The notes under the pieces: generated by a model
The model's database searches: none
What the model was told of the DNA's origin: nothing
What the model saw: the letters and a program-made list of their open reading frames with translations, nothing else
Shown here: positions 10,025-19,597 of the stretch, piece by piece
Layout of the letters: every line of letters starts with the position of its first letter
Numbering within the stretch: the first letter of the stretch is position 1
Translations under genes and position numbers: made by a program
NCBI GenBank assembly: GCA_963709345.1
Contig: CAVPVX010000004.1
Coordinates: 160,001 to 224,000, forward strand
Length of the DNA stretch: 64,000 bases
Source of the DNA: an uncultured Actinomycetes bacterium
GTDB taxonomy: Bacteria; Actinomycetota; Thermoleophilia; UBA2241
Reading direction: 5' to 3'

Positions 10025-10846
10025 GCGCGCGGAAGCGTCCGGGACGATCGCCTCATCGGAGGTGCCGGCCTCGACCGACACCATGCCGCCCCTGATCACT
10101 CCGTAGCGGTAGTGGCGTGGGTGGTCGCGCGAGGTGAGGCCGTAGCTGCCCGGGTCGATGAGGTACAGGCCGGCGGCGCGGAAGTCGGCCTCGGTCCAGC
10201 GGCGGAAGACGCCTGGTGTGGTGTGGCCGGCGATCTGCTCGACCCCGTCGAGCAGGCGCTCCGGCCCCACGTCGGCGTCGTCGACGCGCAGCCACATCGG
10301 CGAGTGTCCGTCGAGAGTGCGTGGCTCCGGCTGCGTCATGCCCAGCGAGAGCTGGCGTTCCAGGTCGCGGCGGAACTCCTCGTTGATCAGTCGCGCCAGG
10401 CCGGCGCGGTCGTGCTCGACCGCCGCGAAGTCGGCGGCGAACGCGCTGGAGAGTCCGGCATGGCTGATCAGCACGCCGTCCACGTTCGTCACAAGGTTCA
10501 GGGACCCGCTGTTGAACCGTTGCAGGAGCGTCTGGCGGTAGTCCGCGCTGGCCGGGGACTGCTCGCCGATGAAGTACCGCAGCATGGTCGCGTGGTCGTG
10601 GTCGCCGAGCAGCATCTCGGCGCCGAGTTCGTCGAGCCGCCTCAGGCACGCGCCCGGCTGCCCGCCGCGGTCGAGCAGGTCGCCGGCGAACACCAGGTGG
10701 TCCACCCCGGCGCGGAAGCGCGAACGTCGCAGAGCGTTCTCGAGGAACTCGGGAAACGCGTGTACGTCCGAGACGACCAGCGTGAACGGTGTCGCCGGCT
10801 GCCGAGCGTCATCCCGCGCTGCCTCATGCCTGGCCATGGTCATCAT
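9995..10846 (-). CDS. Calcineurin-like metallophosphoesterase
   Basis: SDVH, GDLLDRG, GDHD, SHAG, GHT motifs; the 3' end overlaps the tRNA antisense. Confidence 0.85.
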   Translation of the reverse strand: MMTMARHEAARDDARQPATPFTLVVSDVHAFPEFLENALRRSRFRAGVDHLVFAGDLLDRGGQPGACLRRLDELGAEMLLGDHDHATMLRYFIGEQSPASADYRQTLLQRFNSGSLNLVTNVDGVLISHAGLSSAFAADFAAVEHDRAGLARLINEEFRRDLERQLSLGMTQPEPRTLDGHSPMWLRVDDADVGPERLLDGVEQIAGHTTPGVFRRWTEADFRAAGLYLIDPGSYGLTSRDHPRHYRYGVIRGGMVSVEAGTSDEAIVPDASARWWTAGGSNP

Positions 10847-10909
10847 GTGCCCCGAGTAGGCCGGACGGCTGCTCGCCGTCGACGCTACGCGCCCCATGCA
10901 GGGCGCCTC

Positions 10910-11140
10910 CTACACCACGCGGTCGTCCTCGTCGACCGGCTGCCGCAGCCACGCCTCCAGCTGGACGAACAGCGGCCAGCGGCCGAAGGCCAGCCAGGCG
11001 ATCAGGACGGCCTGGCCGACGAAGGGCACGAACACCAGCAGGGCGGCCCACGGCGGGTAGCCGACCCGGGACAGGATGCGGTAGAAGCAGTAGGCCAGGA
11101 ACGCGTAGAACAGGAGCCCACTGAGAACGACCGGGCTCAT
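10910..11140 (-). CDS. Small membrane protein
   Basis: Two hydrophobic segments, 'GYPPWAALLVFVPFVG...LAFGRWP'; RBS AAAGGGGGA. Confidence 0.7.
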   Translation of the reverse strand: MSPVVLSGLLFYAFLAYCFYRILSRVGYPPWAALLVFVPFVGQAVLIAWLAFGRWPLFVQLEAWLRQPVDEDDRVV

Positions 11141-11234
11141 AGGTCCCCCTTTCTCAGGATCGTGCTGGTCTGAAGACAATGTACCCGCGTACCTGGCCGT
11201 CAACGGTACTCATCGGTAAGCTGGTGAGTGCGCA

Positions 11235-11275
11235 TGCACGGCGGAGGTCAGGCGTTCGAGCCTCCTGCGGTCCAC
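11235..11275 (+). repeat. 3' half of tRNA-Ala (att-like direct repeat of 9982-10022)
   Basis: TGCACGGCGGAGGTCAGGCGTTCGAGCCTCCTGCGGTCCAC versus the tRNA 3' half, 2 mismatches. Confidence 0.88.
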
Positions 11276-11344
11276 GAGACCGTTCCGCGCTCGTGTGTGC
11301 GCTCGTGTGCGGGCGCCGTGGTGCCCCCTGGAGACGGAGGAGTC

Positions 11345-12697
11345 GTGGGACACGCAGCGGGCCTGGGGCGCGCTCATCAGGATCTGGCGAAGCGCCTGCA
11401 GCGCGGATCCGTCGCCATGGTCGAGCCGCGGGATCCCGCGGCGAAGCGGGCCTGGCGGGAGATCCTGGAGATCCTCTTCTCTCCCGACGACGCCGCTCTG
11501 GCCGCCCGCCTGCCGGTCGTCCCCACCACCCTCGCGGACCTTGCCCGGCGCACCGGCGCGAGCGAGGGCGATCTCCGCGCCCGGCTCGGAGCTATGGCCG
11601 GCAAGGGCCTCGTGCTCGACCTGCACGACGCCCGGACCGGCGCGACGACGTACATGCTCGCGCCTCCCGTGGTGGGCTTCTTCGAGCTCTCCATGATGCG
11701 CCTGAGCGACGGTCTGCCGAAGGAGCGCCTGGCCCGAGCCTACGAGGCGTACATGACCTGCGACGACACGTTCGACGCGGAGGTCTCCGCGGTCCCCACG
11801 CGCGTCAGCCGCACCCTCGTGCAGGAGACCGCCCTCTATGACGACCTCGCCTCGGAGGTCCTCGACTGGGATCGAGCCACGTCCTATGTGGAGCAGGCCG
11901 ACTATCTGGCCGTCACGAACTGCTTCTGCCGCCACGTGGCGACCCACCTCGGCACGGCGTGCGACTACCCCCTGGAGACGTGCCTGAGCCTAGGGACGGC
12001 GGCCCGCTACCTCGTCCGGCACGGCCACGCCAGGCCGATCGGCAGGGAGGAGGGACGCGAGCTCCTCGAGGCCGGCCGGGAGCACGGCCTCGTGCACATC
12101 GGCGACAACGTGCAGCGGGAGCTGAGCTACATCTGCAGCTGCTGCGCTTGCTGCTGCGTCGAGCTCCGCGCGGCGCAGAAGGGCATGCCGGTGACGCAGC
12201 CGAGCGCCTTCCAGCCCGCGGTTGACGACCGCCGGTGCACCGCCTGCGGCGCCTGCCTGCGGGCGTGTCCCGTCCAGGCCATCTCGATCGTCCCCCAGGC
12301 GGCCCCGCAGGGCGGCGCGGATGCGGCCGCGGCGCAGCTGACCGGCGCGGACGCGGCCACGGTGCCGTTGACCTGCGCCGTCGATCTCGGCGCCTGCCTC
12401 GGCTGCGGCGTCTGCGTCGGCGCCTGCTCCCAGGGCGCGCTGACGATGGTGCGGCGCCCGCAGCCTCCCCACGTCCCGCTCAACGCCGTGGAGTACCTCA
12501 CCCGGCGGATGCTCGAGCGGGGGAGGCTGGCGGACCTGCTCGTGGACGGCGCGGCGGGGCGAGGACCGGCGTTCGCCAACGCCGTGCTGGGGGCCATCCT
12601 CTCGCTGCCGCCGGCGCAGGGGCTGCTCGCGAGCGAGCAGGTGCAGTCGCGCTTCGTCGCGTTCGCCCTTGCCCGGTTTCGGCCGCCCGCCGGGTGA
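11345..12697 (+). CDS. 4Fe-4S dicluster-domain protein of unknown function
   Basis: CFCRH, ICSCCACCC and two CxxCxxCxxxC motifs; GTG start after GGAGGAG. Confidence 0.85.
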   Translation: MGHAAGLGRAHQDLAKRLQRGSVAMVEPRDPAAKRAWREILEILFSPDDAALAARLPVVPTTLADLARRTGASEGDLRARLGAMAGKGLVLDLHDARTGATTYMLAPPVVGFFELSMMRLSDGLPKERLARAYEAYMTCDDTFDAEVSAVPTRVSRTLVQETALYDDLASEVLDWDRATSYVEQADYLAVTNCFCRHVATHLGTACDYPLETCLSLGTAARYLVRHGHARPIGREEGRELLEAGREHGLVHIGDNVQRELSYICSCCACCCVELRAAQKGMPVTQPSAFQPAVDDRRCTACGACLRACPVQAISIVPQAAPQGGADAAAAQLTGADAATVPLTCAVDLGACLGCGVCVGACSQGALTMVRRPQPPHVPLNAVEYLTRRMLERGRLADLLVDGAAGRGPAFANAVLGAILSLPPAQGLLASEQVQSRFVAFALARFRPPAG

Positions 12698-12712
12698 GGG
12701 CGCGAGCCGCGT

Positions 12713-13534
12713 CTACGAAGCTCGGTCGATGAGCGACTCCCGGAGGGCTTGCTGCGTTGCCTCATCGATGCGGAGACCTTGGATGAAGTAGCCCTCGATC
12801 GACCCGAACCGCTTCGTCATCTCGCCGAGCGCGGTCCGCAGGTAGGCCTCGTCTACGCCAAACACCGGGTCGAGCAGGTGAGGGTCGCCGCCGGCCGCGC
12901 GGAAGTGCTCATAGACCGTCTTCAGCGCGGGCAGCAAGTCCCTGTTCGACAGCAGGTAGTCGTGGAAGACATCCTCCGTCGAGACCCCGAGGAACAGCAG
13001 GGTCGAGGCGGCGGCCCAGCCCGTGCGGTCCTTGCCGGTCGTGCAGTGAAAGAGCGCCGGCCTGCGCGCATCCCGCGCGACCGTCTCGAAGAACGTCCGG
13101 TACGCCGACAGGGCGCTCGGCAGGCTGACGGTCTCGCGGTACCCGGTCTCGAAGAGCTTGGTGGCCTTGCCGTCTCCCAGCATCTCCCGGGCGGCAGCCG
13201 GATCGCCGAGGGCCTTGAACAGCGTTGCAGGAGCGGCGCCCGTCTCGTCGGCCAGCACGTCGCAGACGACCCGCTCCGCGCCCGGTAGCAGTACGTCGGG
13301 CTCGGCCTCGCGCTCCGCCTCGGTGCGCAGGTCGAACACGGTCCGGATGCCGAGCCTCGCCATCGCGGCCAGGTCGTCGCCGTGCAGGTGGCCGAGCTCG
13401 ACGGAGCGGTAGAGCTGCCCCGTTGCCACGCGGCCGCCGCCGGCCACCTCATATCCGCCGATGTCGCGGAGGTTCGGGACCGAAGGGATGTCGATCCTCC
13501 GTCCCGGCTCGCTCCTGGTCGTCTCGATGCTCAT
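12713..13534 (-). CDS. Tyrosine-protein phosphatase (Y_phosphatase3 family)
   Basis: NLRDIGG, DLRT, HCTTGKDRTG, DYLLSN. Confidence 0.92.
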   Translation of the reverse strand: MSIETTRSEPGRRIDIPSVPNLRDIGGYEVAGGGRVATGQLYRSVELGHLHGDDLAAMARLGIRTVFDLRTEAEREAEPDVLLPGAERVVCDVLADETGAAPATLFKALGDPAAAREMLGDGKATKLFETGYRETVSLPSALSAYRTFFETVARDARRPALFHCTTGKDRTGWAAASTLLFLGVSTEDVFHDYLLSNRDLLPALKTVYEHFRAAGGDPHLLDPVFGVDEAYLRTALGEMTKRFGSIEGYFIQGLRIDEATQQALRESLIDRAS

Positions 13535-13638
13535 CGTGTCCTCCGCGGATCGCGTTGTCCTTGCCCGGCGCACCGAACACCACGTACCAGGCTCGGTACG
13601 CTGACTGATCTTCATGGTGGCTTCCGGCTGTCCAGGCT

Positions 13639-14626
13639 CTACTCCCGGCCGACGACGATGACGATGTTGCCCAGCTTCTGCTCCGAGTCGGCGTACCGGT
13701 GGGCCTCGGCCGTGTGCTCGAGGGGGTACCGGCGGTCGATGACGGGCCGGAGCTCGCCGGCCTCGATGAGCTCGGTGACTTCGCGCAGGTGCTCGTGCGT
13801 GGCGGCGCCCGAGCTGAAGATCGTCTTCTTGTCGCTGGTCAGCGAGGCCCAGAGCCCGCGGATGAGCTGGGCCGTGTGCGGGTTGGCGACCACGTACCGC
13901 CCGCCCGGACGCAGGAGGCGGACGACGCGGCGGAAGGGCGCGCGGCCGACGACGTCGAAGACGATGTCGAAGTCCCCCGCGCCGTCGGTGAAGTCCCCCT
14001 CCGTGTAGTCGATGACCTGGTCGGCGCCGAGCTCGCGGAGCATCTCGAGCTTGCCGCCGCTGTCGACGGCGACCACCTCGGCGCCCGCATGCTTGGCGAG
14101 CTGGACGGCGTAGGTGCCGAAGCTCCCGCCGGCGCCGACGATGAGGATCCTCTGCCCGGCGCCGATGCCGCCCTTGCGGAGGAAGCGGAGCGCCTCCAGG
14201 GCGCCGTAGGGGACGGCGGCGGCCTCGGCGTAGCTCATGGCCGCCGGCATCGGAGCCGACGACGCTGCCGGCGCGGCGTCCGCCGGCGCGGACGTACTCG
14301 GCGTAGGCGCCGAGCCCGATGCCGGTCGTCCCGTACACCCGGTCGCCGGGCGTGAAGGAGGTCACCCCGTCGCCGAGGGCCTCCACCTCGCCGGCGAACT
14401 CCTGGCCGAGGATGCGCAGGCGGGGCCGCACGACGCCGAACGCCAGTCGGATGGGGAGCCAGATCCACGCGGGGAACTCGAAGCGGCGGATCTCGCAGTC
14501 CGCCCTGGAGGCCGTCGTGGCGTGGACGCGGACGAGCACTTCGCCGGCCTTCGGGCGCGGCGTCTCGACCTCCTCGAGCTTGAGGACGTCCGGGCCGCCG
14601 TAGGCCGTACAGACGATAGCCTTCAT
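13639..14626 (-). CDS. NAD(P)-dependent MDR-family oxidoreductase (frameshifted near 14250-14290)
   Basis: MKAIVCTAYGGPDVL... N-terminus in one frame; GAGGSFGTYAVQLAK...GNIVI C-terminus in another. Confidence 0.85.
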
Positions 14627-14715
14627 GAGCACCTCGCAGTCCCTTGCGGTCGCGCGCCGCGCGGAGGGGCTCTCCGGAGCGCTTCCCACTGCCGAGATCG
14701 CAGGGATCGGTGGGA

Positions 14716-15654
14716 TCACCGCTCCGGTGTCGCGCCCGACAGATAGCTGTCCACGCGCGTCGCCACGTTCTCCTGCAGATTGCGGTACCAGAACGCGTAG
14801 TCGAACTTGTGCAGCACGCCCGCGGGAAAATGCCCGAGATCAAGCTGGTCGAGGTCCGGCGGCGTGGTCTCCAGGGCGCCGGTCTCCGTGTTGATCGCCG
14901 CGCCCGCGTACTGCGGCGCCTCCCTGAGCATCGTGCCGCTGAAGTCGTCGAAGAAGACCGCGCCCCGGTTCAGCGCCTTGTCGGCCGGCGTTGCATCCGT
15001 CCTCCAGTTCAGCGGATTGATGCAGAGCGCACCATCCACCAGAACCGGCGAGCCGGTGGCCCCTGGGGCTTGTGTGTTGTACGAGATGACGACACCCGTA
15101 TCATTGGCCCCAGTCGCGAACTTCATCCACGGGTACTCCTCGAGATCGTCGGGCAGGACCGAGTACCCGATCAGGTAGGCGGCGACCAGCCTCTTCAGCA
15201 GCCCAGGGTCGCCCAGCTTGTTGCGGATCAGGTCGATCATCACGAGAGAACCCTGGCTGTGACTTGCGAGAATGAATGGCCGATCTTGATTGAGATGTTG
15301 CAGATAGTAGTCAAATGCGGCGCCAACATCATCGGCGCCGGTACGAAAGTACTGATTCTCGTACATGTTCTCGTCGGGATTCAGCGCGACGAAGCTGGTC
15401 TGTCGATAGTAGGGCGCAAACAGGTTTGCCGATGCGGAGTACACGCCGGCCTGTGCGACCATCAGGCCCTTGGCCTTCTCCTGAAGGTCCGGCCTGTGCA
15501 TGATGTCCATGTTGAGCGGGTCGTCTTCAGAGTAGATGGTCGGGAACACGTAGAAGGCATCGACCGCATGCGATGTGGTGTCTGGTCTGCTGGCCCAGCT
15601 GTCTGGTTCTGAGTAATCAGGGCGCTGGGAAGATGTGTCGGTAGCGGTACTCAT
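14716..15654 (-). CDS. DUF3089 family alpha/beta hydrolase-like protein
   Basis: DAFYVFPT, FAPYYRQ, SHSQG, CINPLNW, LHKFDYAFWY; visibly lower GC than its neighbours. Confidence 0.85.
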   Translation of the reverse strand: MSTATDTSSQRPDYSEPDSWASRPDTTSHAVDAFYVFPTIYSEDDPLNMDIMHRPDLQEKAKGLMVAQAGVYSASANLFAPYYRQTSFVALNPDENMYENQYFRTGADDVGAAFDYYLQHLNQDRPFILASHSQGSLVMIDLIRNKLGDPGLLKRLVAAYLIGYSVLPDDLEEYPWMKFATGANDTGVVISYNTQAPGATGSPVLVDGALCINPLNWRTDATPADKALNRGAVFFDDFSGTMLREAPQYAGAAINTETGALETTPPDLDQLDLGHFPAGVLHKFDYAFWYRNLQENVATRVDSYLSGATPER

Positions 15655-15758
15655 AGCCTCTCTTTCCTATCGGGCAGCAAGACCAGCGGGCTTGCCCCGT
15701 TTCTCTTGGCGCCTCGTCATGCGGCGATCGAGGCGGCCGCCAGTTCGGGGGCGCGCTC

Positions 15759-16244
15759 TCAGGCGCCCTTGTCCGCTGAGGCGTTGATCTCGTCCACCAG
15801 CGCCAGGATCTCCGCGTTCTCGGGGATGTCCTTCATGTCGTGCCCGTAGTGCACGAAGCGCGCGACCCCGGCCTTGTCGACAAGCACCTGGGCCGGCATC
15901 CGCCCCAACTTGAACAGCTTCACCTCCTGCCCGTAGAGCTTGAGGACACTGGAGGTGGGGTCGGGCAGGCCGACGAACGGCAAGGATTCCTTCTGCCAGT
16001 AGTCGGCGAACGCGCGGGCGTCTTCGGGGCCGGCCACCACGATCTCGACGTCGCGGGCCGTGAACGCTGAGTAGTCATGGCGCAACTGCGCCATATGCCG
16101 TTGGCAATACGGTCAGCGGAAGGTTCGGTTGAAGACCAGCAGGACGTTCTTGCGGCCTCGGAAGTCCGACAGGCTGACCGGCGTGCCGGAGAAGTCGGGC
16201 AGGCTGAAGTCGGGAGCGACCTGATCCAGTGTTACGCGAGGCAT
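15759..16244 (-). CDS. AhpC/TSA (peroxiredoxin-like) selenoprotein with UxxC motif
   Basis: Two ORF-track pieces are in frame across TGA at 16113-16115: 'APDFSLPD...LLVFNRTFR-U-PYCQRHMAQLR'. A hairpin follows the TGA. Confidence 0.88.
16077..16094 (-). promoter_or_regulatory. Putative bacterial SECIS hairpin
   Basis: ATGGCGC-AGTT-GCGCCAT starts 18 nt after the UGA. Confidence 0.7.
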
Positions 16245-16351
16245 CGTGGTCTCCTTTCGACGCGAGGGAGCGGCGGCGTGGGCGGTCACCACCATCGTAG
16301 CAGGGCGGCCGCCGGCGCAGAGGCGCACGCCCTTGGGTCTATGATGTCCGC

Positions 16352-17011
16352 ATGCCTTGGGATGCCGAGAAGCGCGCGGACGCGCGCGCAAGTGGTGCGG
16401 CTGCGGAGCGGCGCCGGTTCGAGGCCGGGATGCGTGACGCCGGGCGGCTGCTCGCCGCGGGTGACGCGCTCGCCGCCGCCGAGGTGCTGCGCGGCATCGT
16501 CGCCCGAGGCGTCCTGCCGACCGGCCCCGAGGCCGACGCGCGCTACCTGCTCGGCCGCGCTCTGGGCGCCGCCGGCGACCACGACGGCATGATCAGTGAG
16601 TGGCGCCTGGTGACGGGTCTTGACGCCGCCACCATGCCGCGACAGCCGCTCATGGCCGAGGATGAGTTCGAGTCGGTGGCCGAGGCGGCTCTGGGCGAGC
16701 TCCCGAAGGAACTGCTCGACCGGCTTCGCAACGTGGCGATCCTCGTCGCCGACCGTCCCTCGGCGGAGATGGTGGCCGGCGGCATCGACCCTCGGATCCT
16801 CGGTCTCTACCACGGCGTGCCGATGACCAGGCGCTCGACCAGCTTCGGGGCGCCGTGGGCGGACACGATCTACCTCTTCCGCGCCAACCTGGAGCGTGTC
16901 TGCGCGACGCGCCCCGTCCTGGCCGAGCGCATCCGGGTGACGGTCCTCCACGAGACGGCGCACTTCTTCGGCTACACGGAGCGGCAGCTCCGGGACATGG
17001 GGCTGGCCTGA
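16352..17011 (+). CDS. Zincin-like metallopeptidase family protein with N-terminal helical (TPR-like) region
   Basis: LGLYHGVP, IYLFR, TVLHETAHFFG (HExxH). Confidence 0.85.
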   Translation: MPWDAEKRADARASGAAAERRRFEAGMRDAGRLLAAGDALAAAEVLRGIVARGVLPTGPEADARYLLGRALGAAGDHDGMISEWRLVTGLDAATMPRQPLMAEDEFESVAEAALGELPKELLDRLRNVAILVADRPSAEMVAGGIDPRILGLYHGVPMTRRSTSFGAPWADTIYLFRANLERVCATRPVLAERIRVTVLHETAHFFGYTERQLRDMGLA

Positions 17012-17270
17012 GGCGGGAGCGCCGCAGCCTCTCTTCCCCCGCCGAGACCTTCGTGTCATGCTTCCCGGCGCAATCCACGCGAGGGAGGTGGGGTCTCTTG
17101 GAGTCCGACGCGAAGCTGTCACGCGGAGTCACCGGGCCCTCCGCCGCCGCCGAGCCCCGCGCCGCCGCCCGCTTCGGCCTCTGGATCGCCATCGCCGCGG
17201 GGCCGCTGCTGGCCGCGGCGTTCCGGCGGTCGGCTGCCGCCTCGACTCAAGGGGAAGGGGCTGCCGGGTC

Positions 17271-17482
17271 GTGACCGGCGCCTTCACCGAGAACCTGCGC
17301 ATCCTGGTCAATGAGGCGGATCAGGGCATGTTCCTCCGCGACCGGGACGCGGCCAGGCCCGGGGTCCTCTTTCTCCACGGCGGACCCGGCATGCCCGAGT
17401 TCTTCCTCGGCCGCACCCACCCGACGGGTCTCGAGAACGACTTCGTCGTGTGCTTGTGGGAGCAGCGCGGCTCGGGCTCGTC
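17271..17482 (+). pseudogene. Alpha/beta hydrolase (proline iminopeptidase-like) N-terminal fragment
   Basis: 'VLFLHGGPGMPE...LENDFVVCLWEQRGSG' then ends abruptly. Confidence 0.7.
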
Positions 17483-17592
17483 TTCCGCGCGTCCGCTCGC
17501 GCCCGGCGCCCGCCGTTGACACGCAAGCGCCCACATGGACAAATGGCCGGAAACCGGCGGGGGCGGCCGGCACTTCCCTGCGGCGAGGGCGC

Positions 17593-19524
17593 ATGACAGC
17601 AGTGGTCGCACCGGATCCGGGTACGGCGGGGGCGGCCACGCTGCCTCACCTGTTCGCGGGCTGGGTCCAGCGCTACGGCGCCGAGCCGGCGCTCAGCCGG
17701 CGCGTGGACGGCGTCTTCACCTCCTTCACCTACGACGAGCTGGACCGGCGCGCGAGCCTGCTCGCGCTCGCGCTGGCGCGCGAGCTCGGCGTGCGCCGCG
17801 GCGAGCTCGTGGCGCTCGTCTGCGACAACCGCCCCGAGTGGATGGTGTGCAGCCTCGCCATCCACTTCCTCGGCGCCGTGGACGTGCCGCGCGCCTCGGA
17901 CACGCCTCCGGAGATCCTTGAGGCGATCCTGCGGCACGCGGAGCCGGCGGTCGTCATCCTGGAGGATCCGGCTCAGCTCCCTCTGGTGCGCGAGGCGCTG
18001 CCCGGGTTGCGCGCGGCGGTCGTCATCGACGGCTCCGGCGTCGGTGCGGCCCCGTCATCCGCCGCGTGCCGCGTGGACACGCTGGCGGAGCTCATGGCTC
18101 TCGGCGAGGTGGCGTGGCCGGTGGCGGGCGCGGAGGTGCGGCGACGCCGCGACGAGGTGGAGCCGGAAGACCTCGCGACCGTGATCTACACCTCCGGCAC
18201 CACCGGCGCCCCCAAGGGGGTCGCGCTCACGCACGCCAATTATGAGCTCAACCTGCGCGAGCTCCCCGAGTTGCTCCAGGTCGAGCGCGTGCCGGTGATC
18301 AGTGTGCTGCAGCCGTGGCACGCGTACGAGCGGCAGATGCAGCTCATGTACCTGAGCAAGGGCTGCTGCATCCACTACAGCCACGTTCTGACGCTGCGCG
18401 GCGACCTCAAGGCTGTGCGTCCGGTCATCATGGCCACGGTGCCGGAGCTGTGGGTCAAGCTGTACAAGGGGGTCTTTCTCAAGATCGACGGCCGGCCGTC
18501 GATCCAGCGCAAGCTCGCACGCTGGCTGATCGCGCGCTCGCTGACGTCGGCGCGCGCCCGGCGCGTGCTGGAGGGTCGCGAGCCTGAGGTTCGGCCGCGC
18601 GGCCCGGTCCTGCGGGCGGCGGTGCGCGCGTGGGCCAGGGTCGCGGACACGACCCTGAGGCCGTTCCACGCACTGGCCGACCGCCGCGTCTTTCGCGAGG
18701 TCCGCGCCGGGCTCGGCGGGAGCCTCCGCTTCCCCTGTGTCGGCGGTGGCTCGCTGCCCGACACGGTGGACGAGTTCTTCGACGCTGCCGGGATGCCGCT
18801 GCTGGAGGGCTACGGGATGACCGAGGCCATCGTGGTGATGGCTATGAGGGATCCGCATCATCGCATGCTGCGGACCACCGGGCACGTCATCCGCGGTATG
18901 GAGCATCGCCTCGCCGGCGCGGACGACGGCCCGTGCCGCCCGGGTGACGTCGGCCGCCTGCAGGTCCGCGGGCCCAACATCATGCGTGGCTACTACAAGG
19001 ATGCGGAGCGGACGGCCGAAGTGCTGAGCGCGGATGGCTGGCTGGACACGCACGACCTGGCGCTCGTGCACGCCGACGGCAGCCTGCGCGTCCTTGGCCG
19101 CCTGGACGACACGCTGGTGCTCACCAACGGCGAGAACGTCAACGCGCCGTACCTGGAGAACGAGCTTTGCGCGAGCGAGTGGATCGACAGGGCGGTCGTG
19201 GTAGGCGAGGGGCGGCCGTACGTCGCCGCGTTCGTTGCGCCGAGCCGCCCCCATCTCGAGCAGTTGGCTCGCCGGCTGGGCATCACCGGCGACGACATGC
19301 GCGACTTCATCGCCGACGAGCGCGTCCTCAAGCACTACCGTCACCTCGCGAGCGTCATCAGTGGCGATGCTCGCCGCTTCACCCCCTACGAACGCGTGCA
19401 CCGCGTGCGGCTGTGGCTCGAGGATTTCCGCATCGGCCGCGAGCTCTCCCAGACCCTCAAGCTGCGCCGCCACGAGTTCCTGCGGCTCTACTCCTGCGAG
19501 GTCGACGAGCTGTACGCGCCCTGA
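17593..19524 (+). CDS. Long-chain fatty acid-CoA ligase
   Basis: YTSGTTGAPKG, EGYGMTE, GPNIMRGY, NGENV, TLKLRR. Confidence 0.92.
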   Translation: MTAVVAPDPGTAGAATLPHLFAGWVQRYGAEPALSRRVDGVFTSFTYDELDRRASLLALALARELGVRRGELVALVCDNRPEWMVCSLAIHFLGAVDVPRASDTPPEILEAILRHAEPAVVILEDPAQLPLVREALPGLRAAVVIDGSGVGAAPSSAACRVDTLAELMALGEVAWPVAGAEVRRRRDEVEPEDLATVIYTSGTTGAPKGVALTHANYELNLRELPELLQVERVPVISVLQPWHAYERQMQLMYLSKGCCIHYSHVLTLRGDLKAVRPVIMATVPELWVKLYKGVFLKIDGRPSIQRKLARWLIARSLTSARARRVLEGREPEVRPRGPVLRAAVRAWARVADTTLRPFHALADRRVFREVRAGLGGSLRFPCVGGGSLPDTVDEFFDAAGMPLLEGYGMTEAIVVMAMRDPHHRMLRTTGHVIRGMEHRLAGADDGPCRPGDVGRLQVRGPNIMRGYYKDAERTAEVLSADGWLDTHDLALVHADGSLRVLGRLDDTLVLTNGENVNAPYLENELCASEWIDRAVVVGEGRPYVAAFVAPSRPHLEQLARRLGITGDDMRDFIADERVLKHYRHLASVISGDARRFTPYERVHRVRLWLEDFRIGRELSQTLKLRRHEFLRLYSCEVDELYAP

Positions 19525-19597
19525 GGCGCGGCCGGCGCGCTTGTCAGCGGGACGCAGCCCTCGGTCCCCCCGCAGCCGCGCCCGCGTACCACCCGGG

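Noticed and set aside
1093-11275. tRNA halves as a trans-spliced split tRNA
   Set aside because: No complementary leader/trailer or bulge-helix-bulge motif, an intact copy is present, the 3' half has T-stem mismatches, and the context is bacterial.
12713-14719. 668-aa dehydrogenase-phosphatase fusion ORF
   Set aside because: Artefact of a frameshift in the oxidoreductase; the phosphatase has its own RBS and ATG at 13534.
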